A stretch of DNA of 64,000 nt, taken from Klebsormidium nitens (taxonomy: Eukaryota; Plantae; Klebsormidiophyceae). The stretch covers positions 1 through 64,000 of the forward strand of contig DF237056.1 of the NCBI GenBank assembly GCA_000708835.1. Direction: 5' to 3'. Shown here piece by piece: positions 36,701 through 49,032 of this stretch (positions are counted from its first letter, which is position 1; every line of letters starts with the position of its first letter). The position numbers and the translations under genes are program-made. The notes below the pieces were generated by a model. That model saw only the letters and a program-made list of their open reading frames with translations, did not search any database and was not told the DNA's origin.

Positions 36701-39700
36701 AGGCCCGGCGACATGGCAGACGTTTCAGAGAGGAGTCTCACTTTTCCGCAGGTGGGCATCTCGTTGGTGGGCGTTGCGAGCTTGATGAGCGGCGAGGGCA
36801 GCGCGACGCACCCGGTGACGCCCGCGCAGATGCTGCTGGGGATGGGCCTCATCGTCGCGTCGCAGTCGGTCCAGGCGGCGCAGATCACGTACGAGGACTT
36901 CTTCATGGCGGACCTCAATATTGCGCCCCTCAAGATCGTCGGATTTGAGGTGGGCCGCTCTAAACCGGAGAACGTAGGGTGTCATCATTTTTTCGTTGGC
37001 TAGTGGGCTGCCAATTCCGACTCAAGTCGATTTCCGGCTTGACTTGCAATGCCGTTCAATTGGTCGAAGTACGTGGTCTTTGTTGACCTGTCTCACGCTT
37101 CTCTAAAAACAAGCTGTCGCTTCCCGGCCCGCGAGAGCGGTTGTCGTGGATGCTTGTGACACCTCACGATTCGGCGCTCGAACAATGGTTCTCGGCGCAG
37201 TGGCGCCATCAGATTAGAGAAACGTTCCACAGCGGAGACTCAAATGCGATTGAATGGACCGCAGTTTTGGCCCTAAGTAACGAAGGTGCAGGCAGTGGCC
37301 TCCTCAGGTTCTCCAATTGGCCCAGATCAAGGTCGAACCAGGTACCCGAAGTTTGGCATACTGTCCAAATGAACACCCTGTCAACTTCCTTCTCGCAAAT
37401 AGCCGGTCTTTCATACTTGACCCGTGTCCCTCCTTGGGGCACAACCACTCCGCTGACGCGCTGCTGACGTGTTGTGTTGCAGGGCCTGTGGGGCAGCGTG
37501 ACTATGCTCTTTGTCATCCTTCCCATCGTCTACTTTCTGCCGGGCGCCGAGGGGCATGGCCTGCACGAGAACACCCTCGACACGCTCTACGTGGGCCCGC
37601 CCTGCAGTGTCCCTAATCCCGCGTTCTTTCTTGGACTCTCCTTCTTTCTCACTTTGTCTTGATGTTATTCCCGCTCGTTCTTCCGTTACTCCTGCGCACT
37701 TATCTTCTCTTTTGCTGCCAGCGCTGCACTTGGAAAACGAAGTGATGAGTGTACAAGTTGTGGTGTACGTTCGAAGAGAGCAGAAAGTGGCAGGAAGTTT
37801 TTGGCGTTGCTTCCCACCACATCGGAAAAGCGATGCTTGAAACTTTGCCAAGGAGAGCGTCCCTTGCCCTGATCGGTCGCAAACGGAGAAAACGATCTGA
37901 CAGCTTATCAGACGCCTTTTGCTGATCTCGTCGGCGTTGTAATCCAAGGTCGAACGACCTTTCCGTCCTGCCTTGCCTTCGGTGTTTTGCGGCGCACCCC
38001 CTCAATTTGGAACTTCGTCACGTAGAGCCCTCCACTCTTCGCTTTTAGGGCCGGCAAGAGCGACTCACGTTCTGCCTGCGGACACTCTTCTCCTTCAAGC
38101 CGCAAGTCGTGCAGCCATTCTGGTAACTTCCCACCGACTCCTGCCGGCGCTGTCCTCCTGAGTAACATCATCCCGTCTCTCTTCACCTCGAATGACGTCA
38201 CCCCGTTCTTGGCTGCAGATGATCCGGCACTCGCCCGTCATCGGCGGCGTGCTGCTCTTCGACATGTTTGCGCTGCTCATGTACAACTTCTCCGGCATGT
38301 GCGTCACAGGTGCGCGCGCGCCTCTGGGTGCCGCGTGCCCAGGGCTCTTCAAACAGCCCAGTTTCATCGAGTCGTTCCAAGCAGTACTTAATCAGTCTTC
38401 TGCTCCACAAAGGTCTCCCTTTCCAGCGCGGAAGGCCACAACAGGGAATAAAGGTCCCATTGTCGTGACTTGGCGTATGGAGGTGGGCTGGGAAAGGGGG
38501 GCCCAGATCGAAAACATTGAAAACATTGGTTTTGTACATTCTCGAGTTGCAGACGCGGTTTTCCGAGGAGTATCTTACATGACGTCATTACCGCAGGGCA
38601 TCTTGGAGCGGTGTTCCGGACGGTTCTAGAAACGATGCGCACCCTATTCGTGTGGCTGGTGAGTAATGAACGCTGTTCTCGCGCTTGGGCACACCGACAC
38701 GTGGCGACTGACGCGTCATCTCTGAGTATTGGCTTGACGCTTCATCCACTCTGACGAAGCGGTTAACAGAGGAGTCGTTGAACCATTGCAATTGGCAGAG
38801 CAACATTCAAGGTTGTCAGAATGTCGGGACCGAAACCGGGAATTTGCTTGAAAGGGAGGACGTCACAACGTGTGGGGTTTTTGGGGGCCTGCTCGATCGC
38901 TGATGTGGTTAATCAACTTCCAGCCCAGGGATTCGCCCTGAATTGTCGCCACATTATCCACCCACCAGCGCCCCTGGCTTCGGTCCCGGATTACTTGTCT
39001 CCTTTAAAGAGGGCGTCAGTCTATATATACCGTCCCGGACGGTGGAGCTTCGGTCCGACTTGGACGCGTAAAACTTTCTGGCATATTTGGCAAGGTGCTC
39101 GACTTTTACCGTGAAACCGAGCGATCGAACCTCGCTCGAACCGACTTTCTTCCTTTTTCCGCACGCCCCGCAGACCGATCTCACACCGGTTTTCGATTTC
39201 GACGTCACGCGGGCAGGATCGCCGTGCAATTGAAAACCACCGTACGCGGCTGACGTCAGGCGTTACGGGTCACAGGACGCCCTCTTTAAAGCCGCTTTGT
39301 CGATTCGTTTTACTCACAATCAGAAACTTTGTTGAGCCCTTCCGTCTAACTCTAAAGTAAACCCCGGAACCTCGCAGGTGGACCTGTTTCTGTTTTACGG
39401 CCCTTTGGGGCTCAAGGGCCTCGGCGAATCGTGGGGCGCCACGTCATGGATCCAGGCGGGCGGCTTCGTGGTGCTGGTGTCCGGCACGCTCATCTACTCC
39501 CGGGGCGACGACGAGGACATGACGGCACACCCGCCGGAGGAAGCGCCCGCGGTCGTGGCGGAGCCGGAGCAGCCCGCTGACGTCATCAGGCCCGTGCCCA
39601 AGGCGCCGTCCACCGCGAGTGAGTGCGCGCGTGGAAGCTGGTGCCGGACCTGTGCTTAGCCGGTCGATCAGTTGGTCGGTCGGTTGGTAGTAAACTGGCT

Positions 39701-40496
39701 GTGATCATGCTTAACAAATAGCCGCCTTTTTCGTGTCCAATGCTTTGATATGCTCTGCCGCTGCGCTTGTTTAATTGGCGGCGTACTACGCGCGAGTAGG
39801 CGTGTCCATTTGCATTCTAACATAACCTATCCTTGAAGAGGCTGTGGGCCGACAGAATAGCTTTATCACTCTCTTCGCATCAGTACGTTCGATCCGCTTT
39901 GTTTCAGCTTTTTAACACTTCGGTTATTGTGTTCGACAGTGTACGCTATATACGTTTTGCAGCTCACTCCGTTGATGAAACTTCTCACGACGTCCTTGTT
40001 TGTCTGTTGGCGGAACTGCAGGGCAACGGCCAAGTGCTGCACGCGCAGAGCCGATTGCGATGTCGCCTGGAACATCGTTTTACAAGGTACGTCATTGCTG
40101 ACCTCATCCACGCAGCGTTCAACATCGAAGTAAGACGCTGTTGAGGTCGGGCATCGTTTGTCTGATCTGCCGTACCAGTTGTCATGCCTTGTGACTAGTA
40201 CGAGTGTCACGTTTTCCGGCCCGTAATATCTAATGCAGCTCTAAGATGACTCCCTACCCTTAACGACGTTGACTCGGAAACTCAGCTCGGGCAAGTGGCG
40301 TGCGGCTTAAGATTTGATAACTTTGGGGGTAACTGATCCTGGCTTTCCTGTTGCCCCGCAGAGTTCCATGAGCTTGGCTTCCTTCTCCCCCTTGTCTTCG
40401 TCCGTCTCGCGGTCGTACGCGTTGAGTTCCTCGCACAGGGGAGCCGCTCAGATGAGCGTCTCGCACGCTAGTCCGCACACAAGCAGCAATGTATGA
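33720..40496 (+). CDS. SLC35F6-like nucleotide-sugar/drug-metabolite transporter superfamily protein
   Basis: Exons give MAPSVGSAASITGLLVFGTTTSLLAKIV/YEL..KPWTMVTVMFLGMSL, IPTFFDLVATILMNVGLVSVTASVYQMLRGAEMLFAALF, ASQSVQAAQITYEDFF, KIVGFEGLWG, LLMYNFSGMCVTGHLGAVFRTVLETMRTLFVWL, ESWGATSWIQAGGFVVLVSGTLIY and a Ser-rich tail ending at 40496. About ten hydrophobic helices. Confidence 0.88.
39008..39285. mobile_element. Intronic MITE with TTAA target-site duplication, 278 bp
   Basis: TTAA|AGAGGGCGTC...GACGCCCTCT|TTAA: a 10-bp TIR plus palindromic flanks. Confidence 0.65.
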
Positions 40497-41908
40497 AGAA
40501 ACTGCCGCCCTGCATTCGGTAATTAGTAATTTGTCTTAGTACTTTCTGACAATAGTCCAGCTGCATGCGGCAATAAATACTCTGGGCATTGCTTTACAAT
40601 TGTCGTGGCAATTCTCAAATGTGTTGCGAGACGTTTGGCCACCATTAGGCCATTTTGCTGGTCAACCAATGTGGTTAAACAAGGTGTGGAACCGTCAGCA
40701 AGAGCCCACCGTCATCATATGCCCCCCGGTGCATCTCGTACAGAAACATCCGCATTCCAAATCTATATACTCTTTGGCACCGTCGGAGGGGTAAGCCGTC
40801 TTCTTTAATGGGTTTCTCGTGCCATCCACTGTGCACGAGTGTGCATATTGCGTACGCATTGAGGAAACGTATCCATCATTCAGTGAAGTTCCGACACAGA
40901 TAAAAGTGCACCGTTCATTCGTTTGAAGAATCCTCAATCAGTCCTACTGGACTGGATTCTACCCGGCTGGCCTGACCCGGCATTGGTGAAACCGATCTGA
41001 TTGATTTGCCGGCCGTCGCGCGGGCGCAGCCGTTCGTTTGGTCCGACACGCACCGACAAATTGACAGAATTCGACTAGGATCGGATGTATGCACTGTATA
41101 GCCTGCATGACAGTGCATAACATAATATGCAGATCTGCACTGGCGTAGGCTCAATATGATCTTAAGTTGGATCGACTCGAGTCATGCCACTGTGCATGCT
41201 CGATCAATACGTTCATGCAATATCGCGCATTGTCGATTCGTTCATTCGATCTTGCTTAACAAGATCTGTGCAGGAGCTTGAAATGGGCCGCGGAGGGCAT
41301 TGAAACCAGCGCATGCAGCAGCGGGGCCTCACCTAATTACCCGATCATGTCTGTTTTCTGTTTGATCCGATCATGGGCTTCAAAGTAGATATAGCAGGCC
41401 CCATACCCTGCGTGCCGGTTGCATGTTGCGCCACGTAGTACGCGTCACTGATGAACTTGTGCATGAGACTAGCTCCTCCTCTATAAAGCCCTTGGCCACG
41501 TTTGTAGCGGGAGCTATGGAGCGCGGTCACGGTCTTCGGCACGAATCGGGCTCATGCTAATAGAACGACTGCATGACCCCACGAAAATCCAACCGAACCA
41601 AGATCTACCCATGCAGATTAGTTGACTTGATGCTGCTTGTGTGTCTCGAATACCTGCCATGCAGTACTGAGCTACAGCAGGTTGGCGCGGCGGCGGCGGC
41701 ACGGTCTTACGCGGCCGCCTACGCGCTTTACTGCACGCGAGTCGCGGCCGCCCGGTTGAAACTTGCGGGCGTACCCGCGGGCACCCATAACTGATCGAAT
41801 GGCTGTCTTCCTCTTTCACTCAAAGTACTCGCAGTCCAATGCAATTTGGAATTGAGCTGGGCGTCTCCCGTTGAGGGTTTCCATCTCTTCTTTGAGCTTT
41901 CAGGAAGA

Positions 41909-43680
41909 ATGGCTGCTCTGACCTCCGTTCAAAAGGCCTCTTTGCTCTTGGTTCTCGGCATTCTTGCCTTGTCTGGGTGCGCTGTCATCTGTGCGCACAG
42001 CGCTGAGGTGGCTGTCCCGTTGAATGGCCTTGAAAACCCCGCTGCCAGAGAGGGCGTCGGTTCGCACCAAGTCTGCATTTGTTCTCCCAAGGTGAAAGGG
42101 CAGAATGGAGGGTCCCCTGATTGCCAATGCACGGACTTGTCCATTTTGGACAAACTGCTCTTCCCAGAAGAGACAGCATCGACCGCAGCAGGAAACCAAG
42201 CTGATGTCAGCATTGCAGGTCATCAATCTGCAGCAGGCAACGCCAGCAAAGAGCTCGAGAATAACAATACTGAGCCATCTGCTAGAGTCCTGAGGTACAA
42301 GTCCCCTCGAGCTGTTTTCTTTCAGCACTTTTCCCCCTTAAAGCACACTGACAAGTCCCTTGCAGAGACTTCTTCTGTGGCGCGCCGCAACCCTGCTCTC
42401 GACGGTCTATCGTCAAATAATATTGTCGATGACTCCTGCCAGTCAGAAGATTCCTCACCCGGCCACTCAGAGAGCACGTCAGTGGCAACAAGGGAAGAGA
42501 GTCATTACAGTCAGAAGCATCCAACTCAGCTAGACGTAGGCAGTCGCGCTAGAGCGCTGTACAGACTCTCGGTCGACTACCTCAGTGAGACGCCTTGGTC
42601 CGTTGCTCTTCTCAGTGTGGTCATGACGCTGTCTGTCTCATGGGGGCTGAACAAACTCCTGGCAAGAGCGGGTCTCTGCAAAGACTTCAACGTTCCTGGT
42701 AAGTAACCTCTTTGCTGGAGCACTGGGCCACCTTTTGATCCGGCCAAACACTGTCTGGTCTGTGGCAAAACCCAAACGTCGAAGTAGGCAAGGGACTTAG
42801 GTGACGGGCCACCGTTCTGGCCTAATGTGGAAGTTGATGTGACGTGTATCAAGGCTCCACTGGCGTACAAACCCATCAGCTATCCAACAAGTTTTTGCAA
42901 ATATCTCGCATGTTCCAATGGTGTGTGAACCTGAAAACATGGTTGTTGTCTGTACACCATTGATGTTTCTCAAGATAATTGATATGATAACCCCATATTT
43001 GCACGATTCCAGCCTTTGTACTCCGGTTGCATTGTCAAATTTTGCAAGTTGCAAACTCACGAGGCCATTCTCGTTCTCATCCTGCAGATGGGTGCCCCCA
43101 GTGTCACCTCAGACATGCGCAAATACAGGAGTACGCGCAGAGGCGCCTGGAGGGGAAGCACGGTGTGCCTGCTCGACCAGCCGCATCGGACAGGGGCCCA
43201 CGTGTGCCAGTCTTTGATGTAAGTTCTGTGTTTCTGCAGTCAAGCGTGTTTGGAAAAAGCACAAGGGAATGGAAACCTGTTTGCTCCGCATACATAGAAT
43301 TTTGAAGCCTGGGGTGTGGTTGATAGGGAGGACTGTAGAACATCTTTCCTCTGATATGATGACGCTGTTACGCTCGTGGCTATCTGTCTAACAACACAAC
43401 CGTGCTTGAACTTGCACTCAGATTCTGGTAACACTTGATGGGCACCACCCTTTTCCCAGAAGTATGCGAAGCAGCAGCGGTCATATCTGCTGTTCTCATT
43501 TGAAGCCCTTATCCAATCTATTTGACCGCGCTGTTTTCTGCTCATTCCTGCAAATGTCGTTCCCTGCAGTCGGATGATGAAGGAGTGGATCCAAGCTACG
43601 CACCCGCCCTGTCGCAAGAGTCCAGCTCCAACTGGGACTCGGACGAATCCAGTGGGGAATCATGTGAAATGTTGCTGTGA
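41909..43680 (+). CDS. Unknown single-pass membrane protein with signal peptide, probably 3 exons
   Basis: Long first exon: MAALTSVQKASLLLVLGILALSGCAVICA (signal-like), CICS..DCQC, and the TM segment WSVALLSVVMTLSVSWGL, with a GTAAGT donor near 42698. Exon 2 (~43088-43217) reads DGCPQCHLRH..; exon 3 reads SDDEGVDPSY..SGESCEMLL*. Phases are consistent. No family recognised. Confidence 0.6.
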
Positions 43681-45256
43681 AGGTAAGCCTGCTTCAACCA
43701 ACGGTCGGGGCCTTGATCTTGGCCTTCTTTTCTGGAAACGTGAAACTCATGATGTATACATGAGGGGGTTCGAATGTGGCGCAGGATGTCTTGCCTTTCC
43801 CAATTTCCCCTTCCAATCTTTTTTCAGAAGCTATGCAAGATGATTGGGTCGTCAGGGGCTGTAACAGTATAGGTACCTTTGGTGACATTCCAATACGTTA
43901 TGGATATACGTATCACGTCAAGTATCTGGCCCAATACCACTGGTGTCAGACTCTTGCTTGGGCAATGAACACTGCTCGTGAAGGTACTCACGGAAACAAA
44001 CCACAGGGCTTGCGTGGGGGCACGAGCCAGTACCCGGAAAGGTACTTGGGTGTGTGGTGCGCACGACGCGTGTGGTTTAGTGTGTATATGTGGTGTGGTG
44101 TATATGTGGAGTGATGCAACTTGGGGAGTCTTGGGGTACATCAGATTTGAGCTGGTCCGGTAGGAACCGAGTAGTGAGTGCTGCATGCTTTGTGTCAGCA
44201 AGAGGCGATCAAAAGATCTGCAGAGCTGGGGCTTCAAATATACATGGTTGCTTGTTAATATGTTCGATCATGCTGCAAAGCTTCGTAGACTGGGTCCAAT
44301 CTTCTGGTGTTACTGGTTGTATCTTTACTTTCTGTGCCTCTGGAAAAAACTGAACGTACATACTTACGGCCATCTTGGGATTAGACAGGTTGGGGAATAG
44401 ATAGATAGTCGGAGCAGATCATGTAAAATGACAATTGTCTTGTAAACGAGTCACAGCTTCTTCGTTTTCGGGGATCGGGCCACTTTGCCAAATGAGACTC
44501 TAATATCGTACCTCATCCATTAAATGGTCGGATATGTACATAAGGTTTGCAACGGTATCGTGTTGTAAAGATTCCATACTATGATGAGACAAGAATGACC
44601 ATAAATTTGAAACGTTGTTACATGTTCTGACGGTGCGTGGTCGACGTCGGCCGGCCGTGCATGTCCTTCTGAAGCTACCGGTGAAGTTGCCTTCACAATC
44701 TCGTCGAATGCCAAATGTATGTTAGTTGCGCGATATGAAATTAATGCATGTTAAAGTACGTGTGTACCTATATATATGTTCATTGCATATTTTCAATGGT
44801 TCTAGTATAGATAATCACCGTTCTACCACTGTGATCGATCGGCCAATATATATACAAGTTTAAATTTCGCCGCGGCCATTCGAATTAAGAATGAACTTAT
44901 ACGCACACTGAGAGATATATTCATTACAAGATGCACCATGCAGGTGTGCCATTATGCATCATGCCGAGGTGGCAGTGGCGCGGCTAGGCTCCAACAGATG
45001 CCATGTGCCTAGGTCCTGGCATCATTCGATCAAGCATGGAGCATGTACATTGCTCGGTTGCCATAGGGAATTGCGGCAATTTGTCGTGTCATACGGATCG
45101 AGCGTGTGCGACGGCTCAATGCCTGGCAGTCGCTGGCATTGAACCCCAAAAGTCAAGGCACTGGCATGAGGACTTCATACTTTTAGCTCCTTAAGCATTT
45201 GTTGAGCGGTCACAGAAGCGTGACACTTGTTGACATAAAATGGCCCTCAAAGACTC

Positions 45257-48200
45257 TCATCCAAGCCAAGTTACGGTTGAACCATCACCTTCTCCACCCA
45301 CCGCGCTTCGTATGCTTATTTTCTCGCCTGCCCACTTGGAAGCTGCCCTCTCGTACGAAGTCACTTCCTGCTTTCCCAACTTGTGAGTCCCTGCCTTGCC
45401 TTGCTTCCGTCGAATCTGCTCATTCCGCACGGTCGTCCAGAGCGACTCAATCTCTGCTTGTTGGGGAGGTGTGAAGCGGGCGAGGTTGTCAAACGCCAGC
45501 TTGATCAGGATCTCAACGGTCGTTTTAGCCCTGCAACACAAGCGGAAAGAACGTATGCGATCCTTGCACGTGCACGTCTTGGAAACACAAGTTACGCCTT
45601 TCCTTCAAGACTTGCTCCATCTAATACCTGACAAAGTACTGGGAATCTTATATGTTTCGGGTCAAATTTTAAGGAAAGCCTTCAAACACGAGTAGAATCT
45701 GGCGTCCGGGAGCCATCAATTGCCCAGCTAGACAACACATCAGTGACGTCTCGCACTTGATCTCAACAAAACCTGGGAGTAAGAAGGGCAACTGCTTTAC
45801 GAGGTCAAGGGCAGGCAGACAGCATCGAAGGCCAATCTGCGTCTCCATTGAGAACGCTTCCGACCGTCCACATCGCACGCCTTTGTATTCGTCAACTTTT
45901 GCAGAGTCAAACCCTGCTTCTCAGAATTATCGCTACAGTACATCTAATCCCTTTGAAACCTCCGCCCCGCGATCAGATCTCGTGAAAGAAATGTCATTAC
46001 CATGCCTGCTGTCCCTGGAGAGCCTACACTGGTTGGAAAACAAACCTTATCATGAAGTATCCCCCGCTACAAAGTTAGGCAGACACTTTGCTTAACATCT
46101 GAGACGAGAGCCGATAATCACCAGGTCGTTCGCTCTTTCTGGAAAACGCAACCTAGACCTTGCAAATCCTTTCAACAACAAAGACGTCGACTTGGAAAAG
46201 ACGAGTGCATGCGCTTGCCCGGAACCATCTCTTTCGTTCTTCGCACGTCTCAAAGAAGGCACAAAGAGCAAGATCGGAAAGCGTACCATGTGTACTTGTA
46301 CTGGGACTCCGCGGCTCTGAGGCACGCCATCACTGCCGCCCTGCGCCCCGCCAGCAGCCGCCTCCCCTCCGCCTCTTCCCGAGCAAATCGTTCCTCTTCC
46401 TCTCGCTTCCGTTTGGCCTTCTCTTCTTTTCGCCGCACCTCCTTTGGAATCATATCCTCCAGACCAAAAGGATCACTCTCTACCCCCGCTGTCCCTGGAA
46501 GCATTGATTCTAAACCGAACGGGTCATCATCTTCTGGGCTTTCAACTTTTTTCCGCTTCTTCTTCTTCGCCCCTTCTTCCGAGTCCCCTCTCGATACCCC
46601 GGGTTCATCAAGAGCTTCTCGAGGCTCTGAGTTCAAAAGCCCGGGGCCGAAACCTTCTAGAGGTGCTGCGGACGGTTCTGGTAGCGCCTGGCCGTACTCC
46701 AAAAGCGGGGGGCCAGCGGGAAGCTCGTCGCCTTCAGCGTACTGAGGAAGAGCTTCGAGAATTTCCTTGACCTTTCCTACGAGACGGGAAAACTGCAGGG
46801 TCGAGCATGATAAAGTATCAGTCTCGAAATGATTTGTCGGCTGTACCCATGGAAAACCAGCAGTGAGCACGAAAGCAAGGTTGAAGACCTCGAACGGGAT
46901 GCTTGTAAAGGTCGAAAGAGGGGGCATATGCTGCCAGCGGCAGGCCAAAAACCGGCTTTGTTGCACCTGTCTTAAAGAGTGGTGCAAGTGTCTCCTGCCA
47001 GATCAGTGAGTCGAAGAGATTCGTTTTCAGTTTCTGAACAGGGCTGCAAAGCCAAGGTGGGGTGCCAAACGAACCAGGGCCCAGCTCTAGCATGTCTCAT
47101 TGACCACTTACCAGACTTCATTCCTCCAGATCAACGCTTGACAAGAGCAGAATTGAGAAGCGGTGTGACCATGAGAACAGCAGAACCTTCCATACCAGCG
47201 GGGTTGCTTCTGTGGATTTCCCCGCCTGGCCTCACCTGAAACGTGTCGTCAGTGTGGAGCTCGTTTGCCAGGACCGTCTGCAGGAGCCACACCTCCAGCC
47301 TTGCCTGCTGCGCCTCTGAGAAGATCTGCACGGGACACTTGAACGCCGTTACTCCAGGCTCCAACCGACCTAGTCAAGACAAGATTTTCATGGCTGCTAA
47401 AAGAAGGCGCCCCAAAGCCCACAGGTGCCTCTGGCTGAGAACAGCCACTTGAAGTCGCAAAGATCATGCAACACAAAAACCACGCAATTATTCACACCAT
47501 GTCGATTAGTACAGGGGCAACCCCCGAGCTGAAGTGTCCTTCCCGGCATCAAGCACAGTCAAGCTTGCCTTATCAACTGGAGGAGGAGGTATGAAAGGGA
47601 TTGAGCTTGCAGGCGGCAGCAATCATGACAAAAGGGAAAGCACTTGCAAATCCCCAGGCCCTGTTCCTGGGGCCTCTGACTTTGAAGATAAGGTGTCCAA
47701 ACACCAGGGACGCGCATAGTGCACCACTCCGCAGAATCAGCTTATCCACTCACGCTTTTCCTCTCCTCCGCTGCACTGAAAAGCGCCCGGTAGTCTTCTC
47801 TGAGGGCCAGGTCATTGCTGTTGGCAGGCGTCTCCATTGCCCGCTCCAGGATCTCAAAAAACTGCCCCGCATTCCCCCTGTTGACACTACCTGCTTCCAG
47901 AAGCTGCAGCGCCAGCTTCGATGCCTTGCTGAACTTTTTGGCGGTGTCAATGTGCGCAGCAATTTTGGCCATGGCGCTGATCACTGCGTCAGGGCTGGCC
48001 CCCTCCCTCCCTGGTAAAAGATTAGAATCTTTTCTGAGTTCCTTAAGAGCTGAAAAGTTTCTGAAATCAGAACAGCTCCATTCCGAGGGTTACGTGTTGA
48101 ACACTTACCCTGAATTTTCATCAAGACTGGGTTCTGAAGGTCAGCGGATAAGTTCCATTCAAGGCTCTCTTCTCCTTCAACAAATACCTTTGTGGAAGAA

Positions 48201-48420
48201 AAGCGGCAAGAATCAGGAATATAGCAAGGACATGGCCAAGACACTGAAGAGGAACAAAGCTGCAAACAAGACATGCACCTGCTGCACCACCGTCTCCTTT
48301 TGCTTGCGCAGCATCATCTGTCGTTTCCTCCAACAGCGGCACTTTCTGGATCGCCTGGGGCGCCCGTTTTTCCTGTCCATCGCGCTTCCCTGCAGGGGGT
48401 AAGCTGGAGAACAAAGACAT
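45257..48420 (-). CDS. Conserved plant protein of unknown function (resembles Arabidopsis At3g04560 as recalled)
   Basis: MSLFSSLPPAG; AKIAAHIDTAKKFSKASKLALQLLEAGSV; LREDYRALFSAA; ANELHTDDTFQFSRLVGKVKE; ESDPFGLEDMIP; AVMACLRAAESQYKYTW; TTVEILIKLAFDNLARFT..KWAGEKISIRSAVGGEGDGSTVTWLG*. Confidence 0.85.
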
Positions 48421-48787
48421 CCTGAACTTGTTGCAAGCGCTGAAAATTGGTGGCCCCTCAACTGAACTTTAAAGGGGGTAAACACGCTGATGATGATGTT
48501 GCATTCACCAATTGGCAATCAAAGCCATGTCGATGCCGAAACGTTGATGGGGACGTGATATATGCAGTTTCGCCCGCGCACGTACGCGGAGCTCCTTCTT
48601 CCCTACGTACTTATCGTCGAAAAATACCACCTCATGAAATTCCCGTAAAATCATTCGACACTATCGAAATGTCAGAAACATGGATCCCGTATTCGCGGAC
48701 GAATATAACCTGCGAACCCACGAATATGTGCATAGGTATTCCAACATGGGAATTCAACATGCAAGAATGGTCCATCGACAAGCCATA

Positions 48788-48798
48788 CCGTAGTCCAA
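48788..48798 (+). mobile_element. Left terminus of the same Tc1/mariner MITE family as 23334-23623, running into an assembly gap
   Basis: TA|CCGTAGTCCAA immediately precedes the N run and is identical to the MITE left TIR. Confidence 0.65.
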
Positions 48799-48961
48799 NN
48801 NNNNNNNNNNNNNNNNNNNNNNNNNNNNNNNNNNNNNNNNNNNNNNNNNNNNNNNNNNNNNNNNNNNNNNNNNNNNNNNNNNNNNNNNNNNNNNNNNNNN
48901 NNNNNNNNNNNNNNNNNNNNNNNNNNNNNNNNNNNNNNNNNNNNNNNNNNNNNNNNNNNNN
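48799..48961. other. Assembly gap (N run)
   Basis: Continuous Ns. Confidence 1.
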
Positions 48962-49032
48962 GGCAATTGCTGCAATCTCAAATACATCAGGAGAGCTGAG
49001 CAGTGAGTTGCAAGCGCTCTTGTGAGACAGCC

